Shown: positions 1 through 10,868, counted from the stretch's first letter. The stretch: 64,000 nt of DNA from Opitutia bacterium (GCA_947478395.1 CANJVR010000001.1:128001-192000); one strand, 5' to 3'. Program-made: numbers and translations. The notes: a model not told the origin generated them from the letters alone.

Positions 1-1337
1 AACTCGGCGAGGGCTTTTGCGTTTACCGCGATGGACTCGCGGCACCAGGTCTCGAGTTCGCCAGCGTCGGTGGGCGCGGCCGCGAGGCCGCGACGGGCGA
101 TGATCGCCGCGGGCATTTCGCCGGTGGTAAACATTTCGGCGAAAACTTCCTTCGCGGCGGCGTTGAGCAGCGTGCCGCCGTCGATGAGTTGCACGAGTGC
201 GGCAAGATGCGCGGGCGAGACTTTCGAGGCGGAAAGCGGGAGTTTCGCCGCGCCGAGTTCACGGAGGAGGTCGTTAGCGATCCAGTTTCCAACGGCTTGA
301 GCTTTGCCGGGACCGGCGAGTTGGGCGGCGCCTTCGAAGTAATCGCTCAGCTCACGATCGGGGATCAGGACGGACGTGATCGTGTAGGGAATCTGGTAGT
401 CGGCGAGGAACCGGCGCTGCTTCACGAAGGGCAGCTCGGGGCATTCGGCGCGGAGCTGCTGTTTCCACGCGTCGTCGACGCGGACGGGCATGAGATCGGG
501 GTCGGGAAAATAGCGGTAGTCATGCGCCATTTCCTTGGAGCGAAGCGATTGAGAAACGCCCGCCTCGCCGTCGTAGTCGCGCGTTTCCTGAATGAGTTTT
601 CCGCCAGCGGCGACGACCGCGAGCTGGCGCTTAATTTCATGCGCGATGCCGTCGCGGACAAACGAGATGGAGTTGAGATTTTTTAGCTCAACCTTCGTCC
701 CGAGTTTCGTTTCGCCGACGGGGCGGATGGAGATGTTGGCGTCGCAGCGCAGCTGGCCTTTCTCCATATCGCAGTCGGAGATGCCGCCGTAGATCATCGT
801 GTTTCGGATCGACGTGAGATAGGCAAACGCTTCGTCAGCGGTGTGCATCGCGGGCTCGGAGACGATCTCCATCAACGGCGTGCCGGCGCGATTGTAATCG
901 ACCAGCGAATCGGTGGCGTGGTGGTTGAGTTTGCCGACGTCTTCCTCGAGGTGAATGCGGGTGAGCGGAATTGTTTTGTGCTCGCCCATGACGTTGCGCG
1001 CGGCGCCGGGCAGCTCGATCTCGACCGAACCGTTGAGGCACATCGGCTGGTCGTATTGGGAGATCTGGTAGTTTTTCGGCGAGTCAGGATAGAAGTACTG
1101 TTTGCGGTCCCACTTGCAGACGGGCGCGATGTCACAGCCGAGGAGCAGGCCGGCTTTGATGATGGCGTCGAGGGCGGCCTTATTCATCACGGGCAGCGTG
1201 CCCGGCAGCGCGAGAACGACGGGATCCGTGAGCGTGTTCGGTGCGTGGCCGTAGCCGGCCGCGACGCGGGTGAAGACCTTTGAGTGAGTCTTGATCTGGA
1301 CGTGGACTTCCAGGCCGATGACGGCTTCGTAGTTCAT
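1..1337 (-). CDS. gatB: Asp-tRNA(Asn)/Glu-tRNA(Gln) amidotransferase subunit B (3' end runs off the window)
   Basis: Manual translation from ATG at 1337 gives MNYEAVIGLEVHVQIKT...DRKQYFYPDSPKNYQISQYD, the GatB signatures. Lies downstream of gatC and gatA. Absent from the ORF track because it is truncated. Confidence 0.96.
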   Translation of the reverse strand, partial: MNYEAVIGLEVHVQIKTHSKVFTRVAAGYGHAPNTLTDPVVLALPGTLPVMNKAALDAIIKAGLLLGCDIAPVCKWDRKQYFYPDSPKNYQISQYDQPMCLNGSVEIELPGAARNVMGEHKTIPLTRIHLEEDVGKLNHHATDSLVDYNRAGTPLMEIVSEPAMHTADEAFAYLTSIRNTMIYGGISDCDMEKGQLRCDANISIRPVGETKLGTKVELKNLNSISFVRDGIAHEIKRQLAVVAAGGKLIQETRDYDGEAGVSQSLRSKEMAHDYRYFPDPDLMPVRVDDAWKQQLRAECPELPFVKQRRFLADYQIPYTITSVLIPDRELSDYFEGAAQLAGPGKAQAVGNWIANDLLRELGAAKLPLSASKVSPAHLAALVQLIDGGTLLNAAAKEVFAEMFTTGEMPAAIIARRGLAAAPTDAGELETWCRESIAVNAKALAE

Positions 1338-1351
1338 TTTTCGGAGGGGTG

Positions 1352-1421
1352 GCCCACGGAACACACGGAATACACGGAATTCAGATTTCTTGTTTCCGTG
1401 TAATCCGTGTGTTCCGTGGGC
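1352..1421. repeat. Intergenic palindrome; each 28-bp arm has three 9-nt-periodic CACGGAA units
   Basis: GCCCACGGAACACACGGAATACACGGAA (1352-1379) matches the reverse complement of 1394-1421 with one mismatch. Confidence 0.9.
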
Positions 1422-1427
1422 AAAAAT

Positions 1428-2891
1428 TCAGAGGCTCGGGAATTTCGACGGCCAGTCGTGCGCCTGTTCGTAGGCTTGAGCGGTGGCGAGGAGCTCCGCT
1501 TCGCGGAACGGTTGGCCGATGAGCTGAAGACCGATGGGCAACCCGCCCGACGTGAAACCACACGGCATACTCATCGCCGGGAGGCCGGCTAGATTCACCC
1601 CGATCGTATAAATATCGCAGAGGTACATCGTCAGCGGGTCGGCCGATTTTTCCCCGAGCTTGAAGGCGGGGATCGGCGACGTCGGCGTGATCAAGGCGTC
1701 GACTTCGCGATAAGCATTAAGGAAATCCTGGCGGATCAACGTGCGGACTTTTTGCGCGCGGAGATAATACGCGTCGTAGTAGCCGGAGCTGAGCACGTAC
1801 GTGCCGAGGATGATCCGGCGCTTCACCTCATCGCCGAAACCTTCGGCCCGGGATTTCTGGTAAACGTCGAGGACGTCTTTCGCGTCCTTCGAACGGTGGC
1901 CATAGCGAATGCCGTCGAAGCGGGCCAGATTCGATGACGCCTCCGCGGTCGCGATGATGTAGTAGGTATCGAGACAATAGCGCGTGTGCGGCAGGGAAAC
2001 TTCGCGGATTTCGCAACCCTGCGACTTGTAGAACGCGATGGCTTGCTCGACGGCCGCACCGACTTCGGGGTCGAGACCTTCGCCAAAATATTCCTTGGGG
2101 ATACCGAGTTTCCACGGGCCACGACGCGTTTTGAGTTCGGCGCGGTAGTCGGGCACGTCGGCTTTGAACGACGTCGAATCGCGCGGATCGTGGCCGGCAA
2201 TCGCTTTGAGGACGATCGCCGCGTCTTCAACCGTGCGGGCAAACGGCCCGATCTGGTCGAGCGACGACGCGTAGGCGATCAGACCGTAACGCGAGATCAG
2301 GCCGTAGGTCGGCTTGAGTCCGACGAGGCTGCAGAGCGCGGCGGGCTGACGGATCGAGCCACCGGTATCTGAGCCAAGCGTGGCGATCGCCGAGCCCGCG
2401 GCGAGCGCGGCCGCGCTGCCGCCGGATGAACCGCCAGGTGCGCGCGAAAGATCCCAGGGATTATGCGTGGGACCAAAAGCGGAATTTTCCGTCGAGGAAC
2501 CCATCGCGAACTCATCGCAGTTCAAACGGCCGTGGAGAACGGCGCCGGCGGCTTTGAGTTTTTCCGTGACGGTGGCGTCGTAAGGGGAGACGAAGTTCGC
2601 GAGCATCTTGCTCGAAGCGGTCAGCGGCTGTCCGTCGACGGCGATGACGTCCTTGAGGCCAATCGGAATACCGTCGAGCGGGCCCCTCACCTGCCCTTGC
2701 GCGCGGCGGGCATCGGACGCCGCGGCTTGAGCGAGCGCGGAAGGTTCATCGAAAGAGTTGAAGGCGTGAACCTGCGACTCAGTGGCTTTCGTCCGGGCCA
2801 TGACAGCCTGCGTGAGCTCGACCGACGATAGCTTTCCCTCGGCGAGTTGCACGGAGAGCTCGGCGATCGTTTGAAAATGAAGCGGCGGCAT
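1428..2891 (-). CDS. gatA: Glutamyl-tRNA amidotransferase subunit A
   Basis: Amidase signature [22 protein letters not shown] and [19 protein letters not shown]. Confidence 0.97.
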   Translation of the reverse strand: MPPLHFQTIAELSVQLAEGKLSSVELTQAVMARTKATESQVHAFNSFDEPSALAQAAASDARRAQGQVRGPLDGIPIGLKDVIAVDGQPLTASSKMLANFVSPYDATVTEKLKAAGAVLHGRLNCDEFAMGSSTENSAFGPTHNPWDLSRAPGGSSGGSAAALAAGSAIATLGSDTGGSIRQPAALCSLVGLKPTYGLISRYGLIAYASSLDQIGPFARTVEDAAIVLKAIAGHDPRDSTSFKADVPDYRAELKTRRGPWKLGIPKEYFGEGLDPEVGAAVEQAIAFYKSQGCEIREVSLPHTRYCLDTYYIIATAEASSNLARFDGIRYGHRSKDAKDVLDVYQKSRAEGFGDEVKRRIILGTYVLSSGYYDAYYLRAQKVRTLIRQDFLNAYREVDALITPTSPIPAFKLGEKSADPLTMYLCDIYTIGVNLAGLPAMSMPCGFTSGGLPIGLQLIGQPFREAELLATAQAYEQAHDWPSKFPSL

Positions 2892-3050
2892 CTGCTAGAA
2901 AAGTCGAAGGGTTACACCGAGGGCACTTGAGCTGGCACGGAAGTCACCGAGAAAGACGGGGAAACGATTTCTACTTCGAGAGAGTTGGCTCCGAGATCTC
3001 CGCGCCTCCTCTCCTGCCCTCTGTTTAATTTCTTCATGTCTTCGTCTCGT

Positions 3051-3341
3051 TCACTCCATGACCTTGGGGACGACGATCATGTGGTCGCGCTGGGCGGGGG
3101 CGTTTTGGAGGGCTTGCTCGACGGCGAGGCCGGGCTGAGCGACATCCTCTGCCCAGACGTTGGAAATCGGAAACGCGTGCGCGGTGGGCTCGATGCCGGT
3201 GACGTCGATTTTGGCCAGCTGCTCGATGTGGCTCAGGACGCTGCCGAGCTGCGCGGAGAAACGCGCTTTCTCTTCGGGGGTGAGCGCGAGCCGGGCGAGC
3301 TCGGCGACGCGGTCGATGTTGAGATCGGCGGGTTGAGACAT
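3051..3341 (-). CDS. gatC: Amidotransferase subunit C
   Basis: 96 aa, VAELARL...NAP...VPKV pattern, upstream of gatA. Confidence 0.93.
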   Translation of the reverse strand: MSQPADLNIDRVAELARLALTPEEKARFSAQLGSVLSHIEQLAKIDVTGIEPTAHAFPISNVWAEDVAQPGLAVEQALQNAPAQRDHMIVVPKVME

Positions 3342-3352
3342 GATCGCTGCGG

Positions 3353-4639
3353 TTAGAGCGCCAGCGGCTCGGAGGTTTCGGGCTTGAGGATATCCTCAAT
3401 CGTCTCGCGGCGGCTAATGAGTTCGGCGGCACCGTCGGAGCCGATCCAGACCTGCGGCGCGCGGCCGATGGAATTATAGTTGCTGCTCATCGCGTAACCA
3501 TACGCGCCGGCGTCGCGCAGCACCATCAGGTCCCCGATCTCGGGACGGGGCAGCTGGCGCGGATGAAGTTCCTCATCAGCACCGCCGCGCGTGAAGACAT
3601 CGCCGCTCTCGCAGAGCGGGCCGGCCACCACGATGGGCTCGGTGCCTTGAGCCGGATCTTTGCCGAGGATATCGATCTGGTGATAACTGCCGTACATCGC
3701 GGGACGCACGAGATCGACAAAGCCGGCGTCGACCATGGCGAAGGTTGCACCGGCACCCTTGGCGTTAGTCTGGGTGCGTTTCACGTCATGGACGCGCGTG
3801 ACGAGCGAGCACGATGGCGCGACATAGTAGCGGCCCGGCTCGATCTCGACGCGAATCTCGCGTCCAGCGGCCGCGACGATGACGTTGCGACAATGCGCGA
3901 ATAATTTCTTCAGCAACTCGACGGCGGGCTGCTGATCGCGGTCGCGATAGTTATGCGGAATGCCACCGCCGAGACTGACCGCGTTGAGTTTCGGAAATTG
4001 CGGAATCAACGTCGCGAATTCCCCTGCGAGGCGCGTGAGGTTGTCCTGCAGCTCCTGCACTTTCGGACCGCTGCCGATGTGGGCGTGGAGCATGACAACA
4101 TCGAGGCCGGCCCGATCGGCAGCGGCTTTGGTCGCCTGGAGATCTTGATACCAGATGCCGTGCTTGGAAGACGGGCCGCCCGTGTCGCACGTGTTGACGT
4201 GCCCGTGGCCGAAGCCCGGGTTGATGCGAATCGAGATCGGGCCCTTGTAGCCAGCGGCGGCGAGTTGCGCGATCATGATTGGCGAACCGATGTTGGGTAG
4301 CAGCTGGTGCTTGAGCACGACGTCGAGGGCGTTGTCGCGAAATACGTCGGCGGTGAAACAGATCACAGGCGGGTGGTTGCCGCCGGGATGCCCGGCGTGG
4401 AGCGCGCGTAACGCTTCGTTACCCGAAACGGCGTCGATCCAGATGCCGGCCGCGCGCATTTCGGCGAGAATCTTGGTGGCCGGGCACGCTTTCATGGCGA
4501 AGCGCGCCTGCAGGCCGGGCGTCGAAGTCATCTCCTTGATATTAGCGATGCGCTGACGGATCAGCGCGCCATCATAGACCCAAAAAGGAGTGCCCACCTT
4601 AGCGGCGAGCTGGCGAAGCAGAGAATCGGGAAGAGACAT
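3353..4639 (-). CDS. lysA: Diaminopimelate decarboxylase
   Basis: FAMKAC (PLP lysine), HIGSG, EPGRY, GPLCESGD and GAYGYAMSSNYN motifs. Confidence 0.92.
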   Translation of the reverse strand: MSLPDSLLRQLAAKVGTPFWVYDGALIRQRIANIKEMTSTPGLQARFAMKACPATKILAEMRAAGIWIDAVSGNEALRALHAGHPGGNHPPVICFTADVFRDNALDVVLKHQLLPNIGSPIMIAQLAAAGYKGPISIRINPGFGHGHVNTCDTGGPSSKHGIWYQDLQATKAAADRAGLDVVMLHAHIGSGPKVQELQDNLTRLAGEFATLIPQFPKLNAVSLGGGIPHNYRDRDQQPAVELLKKLFAHCRNVIVAAAGREIRVEIEPGRYYVAPSCSLVTRVHDVKRTQTNAKGAGATFAMVDAGFVDLVRPAMYGSYHQIDILGKDPAQGTEPIVVAGPLCESGDVFTRGGADEELHPRQLPRPEIGDLMVLRDAGAYGYAMSSNYNSIGRAPQVWIGSDGAAELISRRETIEDILKPETSEPLAL

Positions 4640-4699
4640 GAAGGAAGAAAAGAAAAGCTGAGTGCTAAGAGTCTAGAGCGGAGAGCGACCGCGTGGGAG

Positions 4700-7183
4700 T
4701 TATTTACGAATCTGATAGCTCGTCGTGGCCAGCAGGTCGTCCTGGATTTTGGTGAACACCACGTTGACCTCGTCGTCCGTGAGCGTCCGGTCGGGCGCGC
4801 GGAACACGAGGGAGAAGGCCAGACTCTTGGTGCCTTCGGGCAAGCCCTTGCCTTGGTAAACGTCGAAGATCGCCACCCGTTCGAGCGCGAAGGCGGAGCC
4901 GGCGGCCGCTCGAGCGGATTTGGCGAGGGCCTTCTGGACTTCGCCGGCGGTGGTCGCCGTAGGGACGACGAGCGCGAGGTCGCGCAGCGCGGCGGGATGC
5001 AGACTGAAATCGGCGTAGCGGCGGCGCGAAGGCTCAGCGGATATTTTTTCGGGGAGAATCGCGAAGCAGCCCGCGTAAACCTTGCCCTCGATGCCGAGCG
5101 ATTTGAGCAGCGCGAGGCTGACAAGCCCGAAGCGTGCGGACCAGGCATAGCTGTGATCGTTGATCGCCGCAGACTGGCCAGTCTGCCAACCCGCGGGCGG
5201 CGCCTCGACGACCGGTTGGCGCGAGAGGTCGACGCCCGCCGACGCCGCGAGCGCCACGATGTGATGCTTGGCGACGTAGAAATCGGCCGGATCGCGTTTG
5301 AGCCACGAACGGTCGCCGGAACTCTCAGCGATGACGAACGCAACGGCGGCGCATTCAAAAACCGCACCGTCGCGCTCGATGAACATGCGGCCGGTTTCGC
5401 ACAGGCGGGAAACCGCCACGCCCCGAGATTGGTTGAGGCGCAGCGATTCGAGCAGGCCGGTGACGAGCGTGGGCCGGAGGTGTGACTGGTCCTCCACAAA
5501 GGGATTCGCCAAGGCGAGAGCGTCGGAAGCGGCGGGAGCAATCCAACCGGCCACCTCTTTCACAGGGCGCAGCGTGTAGTTGACGCATTCGTGAAAATCG
5601 TGGCCGACGAGATAGTCGGTCACGCGGCGGTTGAAGAGAACAACAGGATCGTCGTCGCCCACGAGACCGGGGACCATAACAGGCGCGGCGGGAATGCGCT
5701 CGGTGCCATAGACACGGAGGATTTCCTCGACGAGATCGATCGGCCGATCGAGATCATCGCGCCAGCTCGGAACGGTGACGCGCCACTCTTCGCGCGAAGT
5801 CCGGCCTGCGGCGAGCGTTTCGTGATGGGTTTGGCCGAGATCGGTGACCGTGAGCTCGAGCGCGTTGAGCGCGGCTTTCATGTCGGATTCGGGAATATCG
5901 AAACCGAGACGTTCCCGAACGAAACTCGGCGCGAGGACGATCTCGCGTTGCCACGGAACGTCACCGCCAACTTTGCAAATCGGGCCGACCACCTGACCGC
6001 CGGCGGTCTCAAGAATCAGATCGATCGCCCGCCAGGCGGCTTCGAGCGTGGAATGCGGATCCACGCCGCGCTCGTAGCGATAGGACGAATCGGAAGAAAG
6101 CCCGAGGCGCTTCGACGTGGTGCGGATGGACTGGCGTTTGAAAATGGCGCCCTCGAGAACGAGATCGGTGGTGTCAGCGGAGACTCCGGAGTTTTCCCCG
6201 CCCATGATGCCGGCGATCACGACCGGACGCGCGGCGTCGGCGATGACGAGCATGCTGGAGTTAAGCGTGCGCTCTTTTCCGTCGAGGGTCGTGATTTTTT
6301 CGCCGTCAGAGGCGCGCCGGACGATGATCTGGGCGCCGGCGAGTTTGCGGGCGTCGAAGGCGTGCAACGGCTGGCCGAACTCGAGCATCACGTAGTTGCC
6401 GACGTCGACCACGTTGTTGATCGGGCGGAGACCCACCGCGGTCAGGCGCTGCTGCAGCCACGCGGGACTCGGACCGATTTTCACGCCGCTAATGATATAA
6501 GCAGTGTAAAGCGGACAATCCTCGGGAGCGTGGACTTGGACCATTGCCAGCAAATCGGGCCGGGCAGCCGCGCCAGATGCGAGTGCGCCACGAAATTTTT
6601 CCTGGGGGTAAACGAGATCTTTTTTGAACCAGGCCGCGAGTTCGCGCGCGATCCCGAGATGCGAGAGGCAATCGGGGCGGTTGGGCGTGATCTCGATATC
6701 GAGGACGGTGTCGCCGGGCGGAAGGACCGCGTTGATCGGTGTCCCGAGCGCCGGGCGATCGGTGAGGATGAGCAGGCCGGCCGCGTCCTCGGAAATACCG
6801 AGTTCCTTGGCGGAGCACATCATGCCATCGGAAGATTCGCCCCGGATCTTAGACTGCTTAATGACGAAATCACCGGGCAGCACGGCGCCGGGGAGCGCAA
6901 CGGGGACGCGGTCGCCGACGGTGTAGTTTTGAGCGCCGCAGACAATCGTCTTGGTCCCGAGCGTGTCGCCTAAGGCAACGGTACAGACGGAGAGCTTGTC
7001 GGCGTTGGGGTGTTTGTTGCGAGTCAGGACCTCGCCGACGAACACGTTGGAAAGTTGGGGCGCGCCGGTGCGGATAACCTGTTCGACCTCGAAGCCGAGG
7101 AAAGTGATCGCGCGACAGATTTCGTCGGCCGCGATGCCGGAAAGGTCGACGTAGGACTGGAGCCAGTTGAGGGAAATTTTCAC
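4700..7183 (-). CDS. pheT: Phenylalanine-tRNA ligase beta subunit
   Basis: MKISLNWL start, HPNADKL, TPNRPDCLS, RYERGVD and C-terminal anticodon-binding domain. Confidence 0.97.
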   Translation of the reverse strand: MKISLNWLQSYVDLSGIAADEICRAITFLGFEVEQVIRTGAPQLSNVFVGEVLTRNKHPNADKLSVCTVALGDTLGTKTIVCGAQNYTVGDRVPVALPGAVLPGDFVIKQSKIRGESSDGMMCSAKELGISEDAAGLLILTDRPALGTPINAVLPPGDTVLDIEITPNRPDCLSHLGIARELAAWFKKDLVYPQEKFRGALASGAAARPDLLAMVQVHAPEDCPLYTAYIISGVKIGPSPAWLQQRLTAVGLRPINNVVDVGNYVMLEFGQPLHAFDARKLAGAQIIVRRASDGEKITTLDGKERTLNSSMLVIADAARPVVIAGIMGGENSGVSADTTDLVLEGAIFKRQSIRTTSKRLGLSSDSSYRYERGVDPHSTLEAAWRAIDLILETAGGQVVGPICKVGGDVPWQREIVLAPSFVRERLGFDIPESDMKAALNALELTVTDLGQTHHETLAAGRTSREEWRVTVPSWRDDLDRPIDLVEEILRVYGTERIPAAPVMVPGLVGDDDPVVLFNRRVTDYLVGHDFHECVNYTLRPVKEVAGWIAPAASDALALANPFVEDQSHLRPTLVTGLLESLRLNQSRGVAVSRLCETGRMFIERDGAVFECAAVAFVIAESSGDRSWLKRDPADFYVAKHHIVALAASAGVDLSRQPVVEAPPAGWQTGQSAAINDHSYAWSARFGLVSLALLKSLGIEGKVYAGCFAILPEKISAEPSRRRYADFSLHPAALRDLALVVPTATTAGEVQKALAKSARAAAGSAFALERVAIFDVYQGKGLPEGTKSLAFSLVFRAPDRTLTDDEVNVVFTKIQDDLLATTSYQIRK

Positions 7184-7201
7184 GAAGGAAAGTGAGGAGA
7201 A

Positions 7202-7294
7202 ATTAAGCGCGAAGACGCGAAGGCGCTGAGGTCGGACAAAGAGTAAACGGGAATTGGGTTCCGTACTTCGCGACTTGGCGTCTTCGCGCTTAAT
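7202..7294. repeat. Intergenic palindrome with 8-nt-periodic CGCGAAG units between pheS and pheT
   Basis: ATTAAGCGCGAAGACGC (7202-7218) is a perfect inverted repeat of 7278-7294, with further degenerate units inside. Confidence 0.85.
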
Positions 7295-7302
7295 CAGGTC
7301 GC

Positions 7303-8346
7303 TCAGGCGAATTGTTTCAGGAAGCGGAGGTCGTTTTGGTAGAAATAGCGGATGTCATCGATGCCGTAGAGGAGCATCGCGAGACGTTCGAGTCCCATGC
7401 CGAAGGCGTAGCCGGTCCAGACTTCGGGATCGTAGCCGACGCCGGCGAACACCGTCGGGTCGACCATGCCGCAGCCGCCGATCTCGATCCATTCCTTCTT
7501 CACTTTCGGAAGATGCTTCGCACTGAGATCGACCTCGAAGCTCGGCTCGGTGTAGCCGAAGTAGTGCGTGCGAAAACGCGTCTTGGTGTCTTTGCCGAGC
7601 AGCGACTCAAAGATGTAATCGAGCAGGGCCTTCAGGTCGCGGACCGTGACGTTCTTGTCGACGTACAGACACTCGAGCTGGTGAAAATTGGCGGAGTGCG
7701 TGGCGTCGGTCGTGTCGCGGCGGTAAACGCGGCCGGGCGAAACGATCCGAATCGGCGGCGAGCCCTTGAGCATGGTACGAATCTGCACCGACGACGTGTG
7801 CGTGCGGAGGAGGTATTTTTCGCCGGGCGTTTTTTTGGAAATGTTGGCGAAGCGGGAATTGTCCGGAAGGTAGAACGTGTCCTGTGCATCGCGCGCAGGG
7901 TGATCGGCCGGGGTGTTGAGCGCGTCGAAACAGTAATACTCGGTTTCGACCTCAGGGCCATCGGCCACGGTGAAGCCGACCTTGCGGAGAATACGGCACA
8001 TCTCTTCCCGCACGAGCGTGAGCGGGTGATAAGTACCGGGGCCTGCGTCGGGTGAAGGCAGCGTGGGATCGACGGCGGGGCCGAGTTGGGCGGTGAGTTC
8101 GCCGGCCTCGATGCGGGCCAGTGCGGCGTCGAGCTGGGATTGCAGCTGGGTTTTGGTCTCGTTGATGAGCTTGCCCATCGCGGGACGCTGCTCCTTCGAC
8201 ACGGTGCCCATCTGCTTCATGAGCGCAGTGAGTTCACCGTTGGGGCCGACGTAGCGGGCTTTGGCGGCCTCGAAGTCGGGGCGCGCGGTGAGCGCGGGCA
8301 ATTCGGCGGCGGCTTTCGCGAGGACGGCGGAAAGTTGGTCTTGCAT
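7303..8346 (-). CDS. pheS: Phenylalanine-tRNA ligase alpha subunit
   Basis: HPARDAQDTFY, LLRTHTS, FHQLE and FGMGLERLAM motifs. Confidence 0.97.
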   Translation of the reverse strand: MQDQLSAVLAKAAAELPALTARPDFEAAKARYVGPNGELTALMKQMGTVSKEQRPAMGKLINETKTQLQSQLDAALARIEAGELTAQLGPAVDPTLPSPDAGPGTYHPLTLVREEMCRILRKVGFTVADGPEVETEYYCFDALNTPADHPARDAQDTFYLPDNSRFANISKKTPGEKYLLRTHTSSVQIRTMLKGSPPIRIVSPGRVYRRDTTDATHSANFHQLECLYVDKNVTVRDLKALLDYIFESLLGKDTKTRFRTHYFGYTEPSFEVDLSAKHLPKVKKEWIEIGGCGMVDPTVFAGVGYDPEVWTGYAFGMGLERLAMLLYGIDDIRYFYQNDLRFLKQFA

Positions 8347-8354
8347 GAAAGGGG

Positions 8355-8398
8355 GAAAAGAAAAGAGGACGGCACCTCGTTGGCGAGGCCCGTCCTCC
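8355..8398 (-). terminator. Probable intrinsic terminator between rplT and pheS
   Basis: Minus strand reads GGAGGACGGGCCTCGCCAACGAGGTGCCGTCCTC followed by a T-rich tract. Confidence 0.55.
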
Positions 8399-8447
8399 GA
8401 AATGGAACAGGGAGACGAGCCCGCCTGGGGCTCGCGTTGAAACCGGC

Positions 8448-8831
8448 TCAGGCCGTCTTTGCGGCTGCGGCCTTGGCCTTCAACGCGTCCTGGGCTTGCT
8501 GCACCAGGCCGTTAAAGGCGATCTCGTCGCGAATCGCGAGATCGCTGAGGACCTTGCGATCAAGAATGATGTTCGCGGCGTGGAGACCCTCGATGAAGCG
8601 GCTGTAGCTCATGCCGGCGTTGCGGCAGGCAGCGTTCAGACGGATGATCCAGAGACTGCGACGATCGCCCTTTTTCTTTTTGCGGGCGGCGTAAGCGTAT
8701 TGCCACGCGTGTTGGACGGCTTCTTTCGCGTAGCGGAAGAGCTTGGACTTGTTGCCGAAATAGCCTTTGGCGTATTTCAGGACCTTTTTATGCCGCTTGC
8801 GGGAAGCGGGGGAGTTTGTTGCACGAGCCAT
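8448..8831 (-). CDS. rplT: 50S ribosomal protein L20
   Basis: MARAT...AKGYFG...LWIIRLNAACR...LDRKVLSDLA. Confidence 0.97.
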   Translation of the reverse strand: MARATNSPASRKRHKKVLKYAKGYFGNKSKLFRYAKEAVQHAWQYAYAARKKKKGDRRSLWIIRLNAACRNAGMSYSRFIEGLHAANIILDRKVLSDLAIRDEIAFNGLVQQAQDALKAKAAAAKTA

Positions 8832-8915
8832 GTTGTTTTTTTCCTTTTGGTTGATCGCCGGCGGGTCGGCTTAAGATTTCACCCGCCAGACGAGGTTATG
8901 ATTTTGCGCGAATGT

Positions 8916-9113
8916 TCAGCGGAGGCCGAACGGCAGGGCGCGTTTCAGGGGCTTCGCATGGCCTTCGGCCACGAGCTTGTCGCGGGAGGCACGGCGCTTT
9001 TGCTTCGTGCTCTTTGCGGCTAGCAGGTGACGAAAGCCGGGCGTGCGACGAACGAGCTTACCGGTTGAGGTGAGCTTGAAGCGCTTGGCCACGGACTTTT
9101 TGGTCTTTTGCAT
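8916..9113 (-). CDS. rpmI: 50S ribosomal protein L35
   Basis: KTKKSVAKRFKLT...HLLAAKSTKQKRR, upstream of rplT. Confidence 0.95.
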   Translation of the reverse strand: MQKTKKSVAKRFKLTSTGKLVRRTPGFRHLLAAKSTKQKRRASRDKLVAEGHAKPLKRALPFGLR

Positions 9114-9430
9114 GGAGAGAAACGAAGAAAACAGAGAAGGCTCCGCCAGGTGTAAAGGGGAAAGTGGGAACGAAACCCACGAGCCTGATCAAGCGATCCG
9201 CCATCGAATTGACCAATTAGCCCACCCCAGTTTCTGGTCGCGATGCCGCCCACGCATGCCCGAACAATCCTCGCGGGATCGCATCTCCTCGAACGCCGTC
9301 GCGACATTCTCCAGGATCTACACGGCCGATAAATATTTTTCAGCTGCGCATCGCATTCGCTCACGCTTCCGAGCGAAATCGCTGTTGACATCCGAAGTCG
9401 CGTCGTGAGTTTTTTCACCTCTTGGATGCT

Positions 9431-9505
<75 letters not shown>

Positions 9506-9575
9506 CCAAGCGATTTTCATGGGCTCACGCCCCCGTTTTTTCCCAGTTCTGCAGGCACAAGCGCACACTTTCAGC

Positions 9576-9650
9576 GCCGGCGTAGCTCAATGGTAGAGCA
9601 CCTGTTTTGTAAACAGGCGGTTGCGGGTTCGAATCCCATCGCCGGCTCCA
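9576..9650 (+). tRNA. tRNA-Thr(TGT)
   Basis: Acceptor GCCGGCG/CGCCGGC, anticodon loop TTTGTAA, encoded CCA. Confidence 0.95.
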
Positions 9651-9722
9651 TTCAAACCCACGCTCGCGCTCTGCTCTACTCTGCTCGCCAGACAAAAATT
9701 GCGCGCAAAGAAATTTTTCCAA

Positions 9723-9796
9723 TGCCCGATGGTGTAATGGTAGCACAAACGACTCTGACTCGTTTTGTCTAGGTTCGACTCCTAGTCGGGCAGCCA
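9723..9796 (+). tRNA. tRNA-Gln(CTG)
   Basis: Acceptor TGCCCGA/TCGGGCA, anticodon loop CTCTGAC, encoded CCA. Confidence 0.95.
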
Positions 9797-9845
9797 CTCT
9801 AAAAATGAAATTGTCCGTCCAAAAATAATTTCCCTAATCAAACAA

Positions 9846-9870
9846 GAAAGTGGGTTGACACCCAACTTTC
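9846..9870 (+). promoter_or_regulatory. TTGACA -35-like hexamer inside an imperfect palindrome (possible operator) upstream of exbB
   Basis: GAAAGTGGGT-TGAC-ACCCAACTTTC. No convincing -10 at canonical spacing. Confidence 0.35.
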
Positions 9871-10147
9871 GATAAACCGTATTCGCGCTTCCGTGCTTTC
9901 TTCCCCCCGCAATAACTCAGCGGTATGCTGAACAACTGCTTCTTCCAATTTCAGGCCAAAGCGACCCTAGGCACGATTCCTGCAAATCGGCTGTTCGAAA
10001 TCAAACTTCATCACAGACGCCCAGCGTATAGGACCATCAATCTGGCTTAAACGGAGTCTTAGCTCCGGCTTCACGGTGCCATTTTGAAAAATTAGGATCA
10101 ACGCATCTTTCACCGACAACCCAAACTCGATACCAACCTTCTCTATT

Positions 10148-10825
10148 ATGATCAACTCGACCCTCCCCATCGCATTCCTACTCGGCGACGCCACTCCGAT
10201 GGAGCTTTTCGCCAAAGGCGGCTTCATCATGTGGCCGATTCTGCTGGTCTCGTTCCTCGGCATCACCGTCGTAGTCGAACGCCTACTGTTCATCGTCCGT
10301 GAAAACGCCAACCGCGAACCGGAAATCGTCGAAAAGATGCTGGAATGTGTCGAGAAACGTGACATCGATGGCGCCCTCTCCGTTGGCAGCCAGAGCAAAG
10401 ATGCCGTCGCCCGGATTCTCGTCTACAGCCTCACCAATAAAGAGTACTCGCTCTCCAACGCGTTCATTCGGGCCTCGAGTCAGGAAATCGCACGCTTCTC
10501 CCAAGGAATGGCGACCCTCGACACGGTCATCACCGCTGCTCCTCTCCTCGGTTTGCTCGGCACCGTCACCGGCATGATGCGCACCTTCGGCGCCATGAAC
10601 GGAGACCTCGCTTCCGCCACCGGTCAAATCACGAGCGGCGTAGCCGAAGCGCTCATCGCCACCGCCTGCGGTATCGCGATCGCAGTCATGGGTCTCTTGC
10701 CGTACAACTACCTGAACGCCCGCACCGAGCAGGCGAAGCAAGAAATCGCCGATGCGTCGCACGCCTTGGAAATCCTCATCAAGAAATCCGAGACCAATGC
10801 CCCGTTCGCGTCGCGCAAGTCCTAA
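10148..10825 (+). CDS. exbB: MotA/TolQ/ExbB proton-channel protein
   Basis: APLLGLLGTVTGMMRTF and GVAEALIATACG motifs. Confidence 0.9.
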   Translation: MINSTLPIAFLLGDATPMELFAKGGFIMWPILLVSFLGITVVVERLLFIVRENANREPEIVEKMLECVEKRDIDGALSVGSQSKDAVARILVYSLTNKEYSLSNAFIRASSQEIARFSQGMATLDTVITAAPLLGLLGTVTGMMRTFGAMNGDLASATGQITSGVAEALIATACGIAIAVMGLLPYNYLNARTEQAKQEIADASHALEILIKKSETNAPFASRKS

Positions 10826-10868
10826 GAGACTCGACGCGAAATCGTTGTTTTCCTAAACCAAACTTACC

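Noticed and set aside
1352..1421. CRISPR array suggested by short periodic repeats
   Set aside because: Units are 7-10 nt, arranged as inverted arms with no unique spacers, and there are no cas genes in the window.
2995..3035. Pyrimidine-rich tracts ending in TTTAA(A)TT at about 3000, 17870 and 36930
   Set aside because: They may be lone arms of another hairpin family, but the similarity is too low-complexity to support a call.
5591..6973. Long antisense ORFs (e.g. 5591..6973, 34608..35945, 40446..41768, 48206..49495)
   Set aside because: These are shadow frames opposite well-identified genes, as expected in high-GC DNA.
8347..8447. pheM-like Phe attenuator upstream of pheS
   Set aside because: A terminator-like hairpin is present but there is no Phe-rich leader ORF.
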